Assembly (NCBI RefSeq): GCF_009914755.1
Contig: NC_060931.1
Strand: one strand, 5' to 3'
Length of the DNA: 64,000 nucleotides
DNA from: the human T2T-CHM13v2.0 reference genome, Homo sapiens
This document shows positions 63,717 to 64,000 of this stretch, in pieces. A program made the translations under genes and the position numbers. How positions within the stretch are numbered: position 1 is the stretch's first letter; the number at the start of each line of letters is the position of its first letter. The notes beneath the pieces were generated by a model. The model had not been told where the DNA came from and did not search any database. It saw only the letters and a list, made by a program, of their open reading frames with translations.

Positions 63717-64000
63717 TAAAGAAACCTAAGCCGTAGGTTTGAAACCAAAGTTTGCAACCTTAACAGAAGCCCTCTACTTTTCCTGTTTTTGTGAGCTTGT
63801 AAGCTCTCTTGGCCACCAGCAAACACAAGATAAAAGGGAGAGACTTTGTCTGGGTGACAGGCATCCCTGGCCGCTGTCTCCTGAGGTGTGTGCTTCTCTA
63901 GTGTCGATGGCTCTCCACCCGTCCATCCTCCAGAAGCCATCTCGTAGGAGGACCAGCAGGGATCTTCCCACAGTCCCCTCTGTGCACACCTGTGCTGAGC

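Overview
Human (primate) genomic DNA, GC-rich, Alu-dense and minisatellite-rich; I recognise it as the subtelomeric 7p22.3 DNAAF5-SUN1 locus. Positions 1-21.6 kb hold the last five coding exons and 3' UTR of DNAAF5 (HEATR2; + strand). The exons splice in frame through canonical GT-AG junctions and end ...[11 protein letters not shown]. Positions ~21.6-50.7 kb are intergenic and mostly Alu, L1, MaLR and ERV1 (LTR2B) sequence. Positions ~50.7-52.7 kb are a CpG-island promoter with the upstream exons of SUN1 (+ strand), followed by a long intron. Almost all ORFs in the supplied track are artefacts of Alus, minisatellites or GC richness. I see no foreign or prokaryotic system and no new protein-coding gene. 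The most interesting unexplained structures are non-coding: (1) an intronic 59-bp VNTR in which most units carry an E-box, GC-box and ETS site at fixed spacing; (2) an Alu carrying a ~32-bp insert copied from unique sequence 2.45 kb away; (3) a CTCF site plus a G-quadruplex-type array directly behind the DNAAF5 poly(A) signal; (4) a CpG-saturated 47-bp VNTR next to a GC-drifted L1; (5) repeated Alu insertion at the same site of MaLR LTRs; (6) an LTR2B that retains its polypurine tract; (7) a SUN1 promoter split by a 19-bp minisatellite. Repeat boundaries and subfamily calls are by eye and approximate.
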